Source: Eledone cirrhosa
Taxonomy: Eukaryota
NCBI GenBank assembly: GCA_964016885.1
Contig: OZ024740.1
Coordinates: forward strand, 365,304,001-365,368,000
DNA: 64,000 nucleotides
Reading direction: 5' to 3'
Shown piece by piece: positions 1 to 13,660 of the stretch. Positions within the stretch are counted from its first letter, which is position 1. Every line of letters starts with the position of its first letter. A program made the position numbers and the translations under genes. The notes under the pieces were generated by a model. The model did no database searches, was not told the origin of the DNA, and worked only from the letters and a program-made list of their open reading frames with translations.

Positions 1-322
1 TACATGAGTCGTTTATTTGTGTAAAGGGAAATGTTTCAAGTGCCACATATTCAGGTAAAAAACACTGATTTTAAGCAGTTTACTTTAACCCTTTAACATT
101 TATATTACTATATATATATACTATTATATTTTCACAGTAAAGGCTTTATCTCACATATCGAATCTCTAGGATTTCAATAGTATTTATTTTGAGAACAATA
201 CCTTAATACTATGAGTAGCAAATTACGGTCGGTTTATAGAGGTGAGAGAATTCCGATTGGACACCGCCGATTTAAATGCAACTCCCCTGAAACCACCCCT
301 GGTTTTATTATACATTAAAGCC

Positions 323-504
323 TTGGCAGTATCAGTAGAGAGTCGAGCAACATAATTTGCAGCATAGTTATGGCCCTTTATGGTTTGAGTTCAAATCCTG
401 CCGAGGTTAACTTTGCCTTTCATACTTACAGTGTCAATAAAATAAAGTACCAGTAATGCACTGGGATAATTGCTGGCCTTGTACCAAAAGTAGAAACAAT
501 TATT
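323..504 (+). mobile_element. SINE family A copy
   Basis: Matches the 43500 copy. Confidence 0.8.
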
Positions 505-3439
505 TTATGTAAAAACCTCTTGTTAATCCTTAGTAACAAAGTAAGTTATATTTCTAAAGTCCTCCAAATTATTGATTGTTTTCAACATTAATTGACTGAC
601 TTTCATTAGAAATGTGGAAACAAAAGATCTTTAAATGAAAATGTTTGTTTCTGGTTGTCATTTGCAATGAAGGGCTCATTTATGAAGGATTATTTCCACC
701 CAGCCATTTTTCTGAAGACCCTTCAGTTGTGTCAGAGATATAACAAATTTCTTAGTGCTGATGTTATGGTAAAATGCACTCGGTAGAGTGCAAGACTCTA
801 CAAAGTCAGTAGCACCAATTGTTAGAACCCATCCAACTCTTGCTGACAGGGAAAATGGACATTAAATGATGATGATGATGAGTAATGTTCAGTGACTATA
901 ATATTTTTGCTTTATGTTTATTTATAGTTTGTTCTCTGAAATTAATTTTTAAAATCATCCAAAAATTTCATTACAATATTTTTAATGAAAAATATTGATA
1001 TGATTTTTTAAGAATTTGGGAGGCATTTATTAAAATTTTTATTATTTCATATCTAAGATAGTGACTTAACATATGGTTCTTATATAAAATTATGTTGGAA
1101 GGTTTTGATTTAAATAGGAATTGAGTGGTTTTGCCCAGGTTGGTATCAAAAGGTGTTTGGAACATTACTTAATGACTTTTACATAAAATTATCAAAGGTT
1201 TGTAGATGAATAGAAACAGTTTAAAATAAACAAAATTGTACCATAGAACCAGTGGCAGTTTCAATTGTTTTGATATCTAAAGGTTAATGAGAAATATTTG
1301 GAACTTCATTAAAATTATGCAAATTGTCATTCATTGAAAAATGATTCTTATGGGTTAAAAGTTATAATAATGGCTAGGTTTTGGAGATATTGAATCATAC
1401 CGCTAAGAAAATCTGTCTTCATTCTTTAGGTTCACTCCAGGTCAATCCTGATTGCAGATTATGGTTTTTTTGTTGTTTTTTTATTGTAGGGTATTTGACT
1501 TTTTTCCGTAGGTTGAGCAATGACAGAACAATGGTTCTTAACACCAATGGATTGCTGAATATGTCCAAATAACTCCTTCACGCAACTCTCAGAACCATCA
1601 TCATCATCATTACTATCCCTATTAGAGTAGAGTATGATTACATATAGATAATTAGGAACAGAATAGAAAACAATATAACAATTTTATCATATTTGTTTCT
1701 AGAAAACAATACAATAGACCAAACCCAGTACACTTTGTAAAATCATTGATGTTATGAATGGTATCCAGCTGTAGAAACCATACCAAAGGGTTGAGAGGAT
1801 TCTTCAGTTGTGTCAAAGATATGATGATCTCCCTAGTGCTGGTGTCATGATAAAATGCACTCGGTACACTCTGTAAAGTGTGAAGATGCAGGCCCTGGCT
1901 CATCTAGGAGATCAGTAGCTACAACTAGGTACTGATTTGGTTTGATGACATGCCCTACTCTTGCTAGCAGGGAAAATAGACATTAAATGATAATGATGAT
2001 GAATACTAGATGTTGAGTTCCATGCACCCTTAATGTACAAGACCCCTCATTGCTTCACATTGCTTTCTTTAACAAATTATATGTGATGTTTGGCTGAAGG
2101 GTAGAAAACTGATTTACTTTGGAAATTACTATCTTCTACCTTTAACATAGCACTACTACTTACCATATCGTGACTGGCATTGTGTGGTTAAGTTCATTTC
2201 ACAACCACATGGTGTAAGATTATATCCATGTGTGGCACCTTGGGCTAGTGTCTTCTACTATAGACTCAGACCAATCAATTCCTTGTGGGTTAATACAGTA
2301 GATAGAAAATGTAAGGAAACTCATCATGTGTCTGTGTGTCTCTTTGTTTCACATTCATCACAAGTGACATTTGTTTATGTTCTGTGTAAATCTCTGCTTA
2401 ATAGTTACACTATTAATGATCCAAACCTTATTTAATAACAAGTGGGAGTTGGAATTAGGAAGGGTATAAAGCCATAGACTTCTTCCTCAAAAGTTTTGTT
2501 CCAGTATAGAAAAAAGGACATAAAACTGATGATGATGATGATGATGGGGAGGGGTGGGGTATTCATCTTGCTTGTTTCTATGGCAGAATGTCTATAAAAT
2601 GAATATACAAATTGGTGATACATGTAGAACTACGAATACTGCCAAAGATTTCTTTTTTAGTGGGTCTACTAAAAACATTCTCCTGGTACAAAAACGTGAC
2701 TTACTAATGCATGGTGATTTTACTTAGTCATTTTACTCGTGTGTGTGAATACACCAACTCATGCCAACATGGAAAACGATGGTATACACACACATACACA
2801 TGTAGATGTGTGTGTGTACACTTCATATTCTTTTTTTGTTTTGTTTTGTTTTTTATTGTATGGTGTTGTCTCTGATTCATTGGAGAAATTATGTCTTAAA
2901 TCTCTATGATCTTTGAGTGAGAGAAATATTCTGATACACATGAAAGTTAATAAATGAATATAATCTTTGCTCTTCGTTTTACTCTCAGTTTCTCATGCCA
3001 TAAACTTTGCCAACTTTTGAATTCTCTTGCTCAATCAGCTTGTAATTATTCTGTGTGTTTTAATGGTTGTTTGGCTCAGAATACAGTGGTGCCTATCACT
3101 GGCAGTGTAGCCTGGCCTCTATGATCTTGGCACAAAACCAAACCAAGGGCAATATCATCCATATTATAAATATAAAGGAGGAAGAGAAAGTTTGTCGACA
3201 CACATGATATATGCCATTTTTAGGTTTCTAGTTCTTCCTTTTACTCTAGTATTCTTTGACCCAGTGCCAACACTATGGCTACATATAATGGCTGAGGAAT
3301 CTGGTCTGATAATATGGCAGTTAAACATCTGCTCATCTCCTCCTATATTTTATCTTCAAAACTCTAATGGCAATCAAATTTCTAATTGGGCTAAATTTCT
3401 TTCTGTTGCATCTCTAAATTTCACTCCACTAAATCAAGA

Positions 3440-3670
3440 CTGGTTGGTTGGTTCGTTTACTGATTGGCTGGCTGGCTGGTTGGTTGGTTTATTGTCTGGC
3501 TGTCTAGTTGGTTTGTTGGTTGGTTTACTGCCTAGCTGTCTGGTTGGTTGGTTGGTTTACTGCCTAGCTGTCTGGTTGGTTGGTTGGTTTACTGTCTGTC
3601 TGACTGGTTGGTTACTTGGCTGGCTGGTTGGTTGATTTACTGTTTGTCTGGTTGGCTGATTGGTTGGTTT
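3440..3670. repeat. (TGGT/TGGC)n microsatellite with ~28-bp superperiod
   Basis: Repeated ggttggttggtttactgcctagctgtct units. Confidence 0.85.
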
Positions 3671-4057
3671 GTAAGTAAATGTTGTAAAGCTAATAGTTGG
3701 AGGAGTATGTGTGAGCATGCACTCAATCACATATACTTGCAAGCATATCATATCATATATACACACTCTCATATCATTAATTTGTGCAATTTTTACCTTC
3801 ATTTAACTGTTTAGAGAATCCACAAATCTGATGAGTTATCAATTCCAGAGTCAGGCCTCATCACTACTGACCATTCCTTGAGCTGAGCGATTGCTAACTA
3901 TCAATCACATGTGAATAAATATATTGATGTTATATTGATACTTCATTCCTGCTTCTTAAGGATTCCCAAAATATAGAATCCTACATTGGTAGCCAGATTC
4001 ACATATTAGCATTGACCATCAGTAACTAAATATTACAGACTAATAAACTACATATAT

Positions 4058-5611
4058 CATCATTATCATCATCATCATCGTTTAACGTCCACATTCCACG
4101 TTTGCATGGGTTTGGACGGGAGTTTTCCCACTTGAGGCAAGAGTGGTTGTCTGGCGGGTTTTCTACGGCTGGATGTCCTTCCTAACACCAACCACATTTA
4201 CAGTGTGGGACTGGGAGGTTTTTACCGTGTTACCTACACGGCCACATTACAGCGTGGACTGTGTGTTTTTTTTGTCGTGACACCTACATGACCTCATTTG
4301 TTTCGGCCTGGATGTTGTGGCACCAACATAACTTTACATTGAAAGGAGCGGTGTGGATGGGGTGGGGGTGGTGGGACGGGGGTGTATTTTGTTAGAGGTG
4401 CCTACTGACTGTAGTAGGTTTTACTTAGTATTTAGGTAAGGCAGATCTTCTCTATTACTGAGTACCGCCAAAGATCCCGGTCCAGTGACATTGTTTTGGA
4501 GAGGTGTAAGTGTGTGAGGTCGGAATTTATCAAGTCGTCCCAGGTTTTTCTGGGTCTGCCTACTCCGTGGCTACCGTCTACCTTTATTGCCCTGCACTTT
4601 TTTATACAGCTGTCGTCTTTCATGAGCATCACGTGACCATACCAACGTAGCCTTCTCTCGAGTACACAACATCTGATCCCTCTTAGTTCGTTAATGCTTT
4701 GCCGTTCACGTATATTACTATTACACATCCAGCGGAGCATGCAAGCTTCGTTCCTCTCTAGTCTGCGTATATCCTCTGCACACAATGCCCAGGTCTCACT
4801 GCCATGCAACATTGCTGTTCGTATGCAGGCATCATACAACCTGCCTTTCATTTTTAGGGAGAACCCTTTAGCGACTAATAGTGGTATAAGCTCTCTGAAC
4901 TTTTTCCATCCAGTTCTGACTCTAGCTACTGTACTTTCAGAGCACCCTCCCCCACTGCTGATTTTGTCACCCAGGTAACGGAAGCTGTCCACTATTTCTA
5001 TAGAACCCTCTGCACAATTGAAAGAGCTAGTATTCTGTGGGCACTTGCTGCTACTTATTGCACCAGAGCACCGGCCACATGTAAAATCTATGTTCTTAGT
5101 TAGCTTACCTGTGATCCCACTACATCTTTTATGCACCCATACTTTGCATTTGGGACATAAGATGGAGTTTCTACCTACTCCTTTCCTACACACTGAGCAT
5201 GGCCATTTCCCGGAAGGGATCGGCGCCTTATTTTCTTTCCTACAAACTAGAACTTTAGTCTTAGCCAGGTTAATTTTAAGGCCTTTTGATTCTAGGCCGT
5301 GCTTCCATGTTTGGAATTTCTTCTCTAGCTTGGCCATTGATTCAGCTATGAGCGTTAGATCATCTGCGTATAGGAGTTCCCATGGGCAGCCCCTCTTGAA
5401 CTCCACTGTTATAGCCTGAAGGGCAATAATAAATAGTAGGGGGCTAAGAACAGAGCCCTGATGAACACCAACTTTTACGCTAAACTCTTCACTATATTCG
5501 TTGTTAATTCTAACCTTGCTGACTGTTTCTTTATACATGGCTTGTATAGCTCTCACAAGCCATTCCTCAACACCTAGTTTTCTAAGAGCCCACCAGATAA
5601 TGGAACGGGGT
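4058..5611 (-). mobile_element. 5'-truncated RTE-clade LINE (family 1): RT C-terminal half, 3' UTR, (GAT)n tail
   Basis: ORF 4432-5556 has GVHQGSVLSPLLF, LLYADD, F.YLG and RRLRWYGHV; a (CAT)n run at ~4058-4080 marks the tail. Confidence 0.92.
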
Positions 5612-7103
5612 ACTCTATATATATATAATAGATGTAAATCGAAATAATTAGTTCTTCCATAAAAGCTTGATGAAAATTAGATGCAAAAATATATTTCAGA
5701 GCATACTCATACAATATTATAATGTAAACAACAATAATATTTTCTAATATATATGACAAGGCAGGAAAATAAGCAAGGCAGAAGTTATTACTTACATTAC
5801 TACATTACTATTAAATTCTTGCCTATAGTGCAGTTTCAAATCAAGAAAAATTATACCAACTACCATAGTTAAAATTATATATATATATATATACATATAT
5901 AAAATGTTAACTACATATATATATATATGTCTAACCCATGCTAGCGTGGAAGATAGACGTTAAACGATGATGATATAATATGTATGTGTGTTTAGAGTGA
6001 GAGAAAAATAGCAAAAAAGGTATAAGATGTGTAGGAATTTTGGAAAGTAGAGTATCTCTGTGTCATAGGCATTAAACTTGCAGTTTATGCCATATTAATT
6101 TTGAATTTATCTGAATAGCTACATTTTGATCACTTTTCTTTCAATTTTGTCTTCCTTAACTTGTGTAATTTAGCCTTCAGTTGACTATTTTGTAAATATA
6201 AATATTTTATGGTATTTTTCATGGTGTTATGATGCAAACTTCTAAAAATAAAATAAAAACATTGGAGAATATTTCCAAATATTTAGTAAAATAAATGTAA
6301 AATATTCAGAAATTAAAGTTTAAAAAAAAAAATCAAGAGAAAACTGTTGAATGTAAATTTATATTCATATTTTAATAGTTATTTGCTCTAAATACAGTAC
6401 TTGAGTGTGTATATGTACATGCTTGTGTGAGTTTTGGTATAACTTAAACATTATTGCACTTAAGTGTATATAAATGTGTATAAACATATATGTACACATA
6501 TATATATATAACATCATGATTAACTTTTCATTAAATCACCATTTGAAATTTACTGTATATTGATATCAGTATTGAGTTTTACTTGTTGAGCTCCTGAGAA
6601 TACCTCTAGTCTTAGTGCCACAATAAAATGTACCCAGTACACTCTGTAAAATGATTGTCAACCAAACAGTAACAATATAGCGTAGAGAGGCCTCTTCAGC
6701 TTGGCCCAGCATATGACAACTTCTCTAGTGCTTATACCGCAATAGAATGCACCCAGGACAACATATGAAATCATTGGCATTGGGAATGGCATCCAGCCAT
6801 TGAAGCCATGTCAAATGTGGAACATATCAGCAAGACATTGTGCCCCAGCCAGTCTCATAGATGCTCATAGATCAAGTTGGGATATTCCATTTCTAATGCA
6901 AAACATCAATCTACTATTTTTGTTATCTTCCATCCCCACGGGAAAGCATTTCCTCATGTTACCTATGCACACCATTTGTATATGTGTGTAGCTCTAAGCT
7001 CAGGAGTCCCTAAAATGGTCAATATCAACCCCTGGGAGTTGATGTGACTACCCAAGGGGGTTCAATTGAACTTTGGGGTCCTGATATTTATATAAAAAAT
7101 GGG

Positions 7104-7104
<1 letters not shown>

Positions 7105-7136
<32 letters not shown>

Positions 7137-7460
7137 TTTTACGTCCGCTTTTCCCTGCCTGCAAGAGTGGGACGGGAACTGATTCTGGCTTGATTTCTAC
7201 AGTTGGATGCCCTTCCTAAGACCAACCTCATTTACAGTGAGTGCTGGGTGCTTTTTTGCCGTGGCACCTCCATGACCACTTTGCAGTGGAATGATAGGGA
7301 CCCCAATCCCTATTATCTCATTTCTACAGCTGAGTAAACTGAAGCAATGTGAAATAAAGTGTCTTGCTCAAGGAAAGAACACATCACCCGTTCTGAGAAT
7401 TGAACACACAACCTTTCGATTGCAAGGCCAATGCTCTAACCACTAAGCCATGTGCCTCCA
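7105..7460 (-). mobile_element. SINE family B copy
   Basis: Reverse complement of 34411-34756. Confidence 0.85.
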
Positions 7461-8535
7461 TTGATATATAAAATAATACAATAAAATACAACTTGCTTAT
7501 ACAGCTTTCTGATTTATATATCATTAGTCTTTACTGTTGATTTTATATTATGTTTACTGATTTATTTATTTATTTTTATACATGTTTATGGTTGAAGGAG
7601 TGAAGGACTCGGTGATGGAGTCCTTGGTCTAAAAAGTTTGGCGCACCCTGTCTCAGCTCCTCTACTGAGATATATTTTAACTGATAATCAGGAACTTAAA
7701 AAATATGACTTTATTTTGAGGAATTAGAGGCAGGGGAAAACCAAGAAAGACATGGCTAAAGATGATGGAGAAGATAATAAAAGTCAGGTGGTTGGTGAGG
7801 GCAGATGCAAACTATAAGCCAAAATGGAGCAGCTTATCATGGACCCAAAATGGCCATAAAACACTTGTTGTTGTTGTTGTTATGTGTTGATTATTTGGGC
7901 CCAGCTCTTCTGTTTATTTCTATGTCCGTGTTCACTGTTTACTATATAGGAGCAGCAATCAACTAGTCACTGCTCAGATTAAATAAGAGTGATATAAGCC
8001 CATTAGAAGTTTAGCTGATATGATTTTTACTTTTTCATCTTAACAGATACTCAGATTAAAACTGAAGAGTTGCCCCCAAAGATTAAACAAGAGAATTCTG
8101 AAAGTAAGTTTACCCTTTCTGTCTTGTGGTGCGCATTTCTTCAATTTATGATGATGATGATGATAATAATAATAATAGAAATGAAAAAGAAAATGGATAA
8201 ATTCTTCTCTCTCTCCACCTCCCTTCATACACACACAATATCATACTTTCTCCCTCCCCCATTTTTAAGTAGCTGGTCATGGTGTATGTGTGCATGATGC
8301 ACTTATGTACATGTTACCGTGCTGCCGAGTACTTGGTCTGGTGTGAAAGCTGCACTTGTGATGGCCACCTTAAAACATTTTGATTTTGGCAACAAACACA
8401 AAGATACTTGTTATAAGTGTGAAGAGAGTTGCTGAGGTACAGCATGCATTCGAGGGTGCACAAAAGCATGCATGTATGCTTACATGCAAGTGAGGATGCT
8501 TACTTATGATTGTAAACACTAGCATGTACTGCCAT

Positions 8536-8637
8536 TAATGTAGATTTACATGCAATTTGTACAAAGATCAGATACACCTTTATATATATATAAAGGTGTA
8601 TCTGATCTTTGTATAAATTGCATGTAAATCTACATTA
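8536..8637. repeat. 102-bp palindrome centred on (TA)n, one mismatch
   Basis: taatgtagatttacatgcaatttgtacaaagatcagatacacctttatata followed directly by its reverse complement. Confidence 0.95.
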
Positions 8638-9126
8638 CACATAACATACATACACTGGTTGAGGGTTTACATCCCCCCCCCCTCCTTATGTTCCAAATCT
8701 AGCGTGTTTACTACAGTTTGATGCTGGTGCCATGATAAAATGCTCCTAGTACACTTTGTAAAATGGTTGGTGCTACGAAGGGTATCCGGCTGTAGAAAAC
8801 ATGCTAGATTTAGAACATAAAGGGGTGTCATGGACTCACAAACTGTCTAGTAGGGCTGGAACTCCAAATAAGAACTCTTTCAAACTATGGCGACCTGTCC
8901 AACCCATACCGGCATAGAAAGTGGATGTAAAATTATGATGATGATGTGAGTGTGTGTGTATGTGATAGAGATAGGGAGATCTACCATACAAACCCAACCT
9001 GAAACATAGGTACAAATACAAATACCTTGTTCAACATTAACCTATATAATTGTCTGATACTTTTTATGAGGTTTTACTGTGTTTTTAATGCTGGAATTTG
9101 GGAATTCTTTTTATTATTATTATTAT

Positions 9127-9310
9127 TTGGCAGTATCAGTAGAGAGTTGGACACCATGCTTTGCAACATGGAGTTACGGCCCTTTACCGTCTGAATTCAA
9201 ATCCTGCCAATGTTGACTTTGCCTTTCGTCCTTATGGGGTCGATAAAATAAAGTACCAGTAATGCACCTGGGTAATTGTTGGCCTTGTGCCAAAAGTAGA
9301 AACAATTATT
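9127..9310 (+). mobile_element. SINE family A copy
   Basis: Matches the 43500 copy. Confidence 0.8.
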
Positions 9311-9364
9311 ATTTTATTCTTTTACTCTGCCTTGTGAATTTTGACTGATATTATATTGGAGAGA

Positions 9365-9745
9365 AAGTGCATGAAGTACCAGGAACTGACACAGAAATGA
9401 TAAGACAGGAGTTGAAAAACACAAATTACCCTTATGAGGTGGGCTGTGGAAGCTTTACAGGTCACTCACTCAGCAAGATGCTCAGCCGATTGGGCTTTAT
9501 AAAATTAAGAAGAGAGGTGCCATTCAGTCCACAAGTGAAGCGACAAAGAAGGCCACCAAGTAACTTTGAATAGAATGGGCTGATATCTGTGGCTGGTTAC
9601 TGCTGGGACACGAGATGGGGCTTGATCAACCCTAGATGGCTTCCCTGGGTGTATGATGTAGAAAAATCCCCAACAGCCAATGATCCCTGACCATGTCACT
9701 GACGATGTATCCCAGCTCATCTACTTGGATGTATCTTGCACAGCA
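9365..9745 (+). mobile_element. Hero/NeSL-like RLE retrotransposon 3' end
   Basis: KYQEL and YPYEVGCGSFTGHSL.K.LS.LG restriction-like-endonuclease tail, followed by a 3' UTR (ctgggacac...cactgacgatgtatcccagc) of Hero type as recalled. Confidence 0.6.
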
Positions 9746-11509
9746 TGTTTTGTTTAATACTCTCCAATGTTTTAACTAATTCAATGTGTTCCTTGCACTT
9801 TGTTCTTTAAGATTTGTTTAGAGTTTGTTTGTGGTATTGACAAAATCTTCAAACTGTGTTTATGCATCTAGTCTTCATATCACATCATCATCATCAATTA
9901 ACGTCCGTTTTCCCTGTTAGCAAGGATTTGACAGGTCATCACAAATAAAGTCAGTACTTAATCAGAGGGCCCCCCCCCCCTCCCTCATTTCTCATATGGA
10001 CTGTGGACCACATTTCGCTTACATACATTCCTGCATTTCATTGTAACATCAGCATTAAAGATCATCATGTCTTTTTATACAACTGAAGAGCCCTCTCTAT
10101 CCTTTGTTTGGTAAATTTTCTACAGTTGGATTCCCTTCCTATCAACAACCATTTTACAGAGCGTACTGGGTGCAAATTGTGGTGTTTATGTATATTGAAA
10201 TACAAAGCAAAATTTTAGTCTGCAATTTAAGGAAATCTTAGTGAGATATAACTAATAAAATGGTGATACAATGATAGTCTTGATATCACATTCCCCCAAA
10301 AGACTGGCTTTAACCCTTTTGAAACCAAACCACCTGAAACTGTCCCTGGTTCTATGATGTGTTTTTAAATGTTTATATTTACCTAAAAATGTACAATCAT
10401 AATTTTATATAAGAAACTTTGTTCTAAACACCAACTTAATAATGGGAAAGTATCTCAACAGAGTAACAAAAGAGTTTAAATAGAATCAGAAGCAGTCTCA
10501 AGCCTTTTATTTAGACAATATTTTTAGGACTATATTTCAACAAAACTGTTAATTTTCACAGCAATCTGTTCACTAGTAATGATACTTTCAGCATTTGAAT
10601 TAACAAACCCCGTTTTTACGTATTTTTTTGCTAAATCATTACAAGATGTTAAGAGTTAAAATGGACTGGTATCCAAAGTTTGACTGATTGCATCACTTTG
10701 TTCTTTGCTTCCAATGTTAAACAATGGTATTTTGTTGAAATATTTATCTGGTATCACTTGTATAGGTATTCATGTTATGCAACTAAAGCAAATGCTGTGC
10801 ATGTTGTATATTTCATGTAGCAGTTTACAATGTCAATTGGCGGTCTTTCTTTTTCCCAATGTTTTTTACCCTTTCTCTTAGTCTTTTTTCCAAAATCTTT
10901 TTTTTTTTTTTTTTTTTTTTTTTAGGCATTTGTCTTTTGGTGATTGTTCTCGGTACCATCTTATCTACTTTAGGCTACAGGCTTGTGCTATCATCACATT
11001 GTGCCTAATTTTTATCCAATAGCCTTGTGGTAATTGTCTAAACAATGGCATAGAAGTGTATGTGTGTGTGTGAGAGAGTATTATTGGTGTGAAGTGTTGT
11101 GTTTCAATGCTACAGAATATATCTATATATTTTTAACCAACACTGTATGTAGAGACATGATGTTTGAAATAATTTAACGAAGATTCTTACATAAAATTAT
11201 GATGGAAGCTTTTTAGATAAATATAAACACTTTAAAATAAGTATTTATGTATCATAGGACCAGGAGCAGTTTCATATGGGTTGATATCAAAAGGGTTAAT
11301 TTAATAATTTACATTAACTTAATATTGGGTGGGGGGGTTGCTCAACACTGTTGTTGTTTTTCTTATCATCTTCATTTCCTTGTTCTCATTGTAAAATTAA
11401 ATTACGTGTGACTATTAAAAGTTAAGAAAAAAACTGTCTCTAAATTTGTTATATTCAAAATATTGTGTTTTATTTACATATTTTCAATTTCATATAAATA
11501 TATAAGCAT

Positions 11510-11524
11510 ACACACACACACACA

Positions 11525-11614
<90 letters not shown>

Positions 11615-11622
11615 TACACACA
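11510..11622. repeat. (CA)n(CT)n microsatellite
   Basis: Direct reading. Confidence 0.95.
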
Positions 11623-12359
11623 CTTTGGAATCAATAACGACCAACAAATCATTTCTACAATACCCAGAAGTTGTTTGGTAATATACTCTGAAGAAAACCA
11701 CAATTTAATCAGTATTGAATTTAATTGCAATATATTCTATATTCTTCCCTCGCTTATTTTATTTCTGAGATGTTTGCACATTTCTACTTCATATTCCATC
11801 AGTTTTGTTAATTCAAGCTGTAACAAACTGAATTAAAACAAGATGGAAGTGTGTGTGTATTCTCTTTTACTGGTTTCAGCCATTATTTTTTTCAAGTCTA
11901 GTACGTAATTTATTGATTCAATTTGCTGAACTGTAAAAATTACATACTCACACACACGTATGTGCATGTGTGTGACAATTTGGCAGAGTTGTTAGTTAGA
12001 ATGTGTCTAGTATGTGTTCTGCACTGTTATTTCTAAATCCTGCTCTGAGGTCAAATTTGCCTTTCAACCTTTTGAGGTCGATAAATAATAAAGTACTGCT
12101 CCAATACTGGAGTTCTCTCTCCTGCTCTCTCTCAGAAGAAGAAATCAACTGTATTCAGACTGGGAGAGGGATGGGCTCTGCTAGGTTTTAAATACCCTTA
12201 TATGAATGGAATGGGAATATATATATATGTATATGTGTGTGTGTTTATGTACATATGTGTCAAACCCTTGCTAGCAGGGAGAACAGGTGTTAAATGATGC
12301 TTATATATTTCTGTAATCTAATGACTGAAACCTGTCAAAGAGTACCCTAATTTCATAAT

Positions 12360-12545
12360 GAGGTAGTCCTGGTGCTATGATATAAAGCACCCAATCCACC
12401 ATGTAAGGTGGTAGTGTTGATGCTGTGACAAAAAGCACCCAATCCACCCTGTAAGGTGGTAGTGCTGATGGTCAAAAAGCACTCAAGCCACACTGTAAGG
12501 TGGTAGTGCTGGTGCTGTGATAAAATGTTCCCAGTACACACTTAA
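12360..12545 (+). repeat. Tandem ~40-46-bp amplification inside a SINE/RTE tail
   Basis: Four units of gtgctgtgataaaagcacccaatccacactgtaaggtggta. Confidence 0.75.
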
Positions 12546-13403
12546 GTGGTTGGCATTAGGAAAGGCATTCAGACATAGAAATCAATTAAAAAAACAGAAT
12601 ATATGAGCAAGTCATGTCCACCTAGCTGGTCAAGCCCCAGGACATGACAGCCTAACACATGCAAGTGTGTAAAATGGTGATGGTGATGATTATATATATA
12701 TAGTTGTTTTGTGTGTAACATTCACTTACTGGTGGTTCACCAGCACTCAATGTTGTTACTTGAATCCAGTTATCAATGTAGGATTCATCAGTTGTGTTGT
12801 CTTCAGTTTTGGTATCCATAAAAATTAGAGTGTCAATAAGTAAACAGGAATAAAGTATCAATTTCATCATATACATATTTTATTTCATATAATGCTAAAT
12901 TGATACTCCATTCCCACTTATATATATTTATATATATGGAACCATCTATTATTATAATTTATTCATTTAAATCTTTGCATAGTTGTAAGTATTGCAACAG
13001 AATAACAGGTCTATCACTAATCTTATTGAATGCTGAAGTAAACTGCAAAGTGACACTTGACTAAATACCTTTCAGTGTTCTTGTCCTTCTAGATTTGGGG
13101 ATCCAATTCCACCAAAAGTGCTAATTTGATTTTCATGTTTCTAAGAACAATAAATGATGGACAGGTTATCAAATTTGATCAATCATTCCATTACCCTATA
13201 CCCAACAGTTAAGCTCCTACCAAATATGTTCTGCATGAAACCACATTAGCAAAAACATTCTTAAAAAGTTATCAAACAGAATTCTGACTGAATCACATGG
13301 AAGCGTTTTTACTTTAATACAAATTTTCACAAATATCTATCTACTAATAAAAATACTATAGGCATTTGAATTAGCAAACCAATTTTTAGATGTTGTCTGT
13401 TAA

Positions 13404-13622
13404 CCCTTTAGCATTTACATTACTCTATATTTACTATTATATTTTCATGGTGAAGGCTTTACCTCATATAATTATCTCACATAATATTTAATCTATGAGA
13501 TTTTGATATTATTTATTTTGAGAACAATACCTTAACATCAGTATGAGTGGCCGGCTACAGCTGGTTTGAACAGAAAGAGGTGAGAATTCTGGTCGGATAC
13601 AGTCAGTTTAAATGCTAAAGGG
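13404..13622. mobile_element. piggyBac-like MITE with TTAA target-site duplication
   Basis: TTAA|ccctttagcattta ... taaatgctaaaggg|TTAA; related copies at 89-~280, 28548-28719 and 60532-60739. Confidence 0.85.
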
Positions 13623-13660
13623 TTAAAAGTTAAAATAGTGTTTGTGGCCATTCTGCATCA

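Noticed and set aside
8058-8118. CTGAAGA...GAAA hammerhead-like motif
   Set aside because: No stem II pairing, and CC in place of UH.
12755-12795. Minus-strand CTGATGA followed by a hairpin
   Set aside because: No GAAA box.
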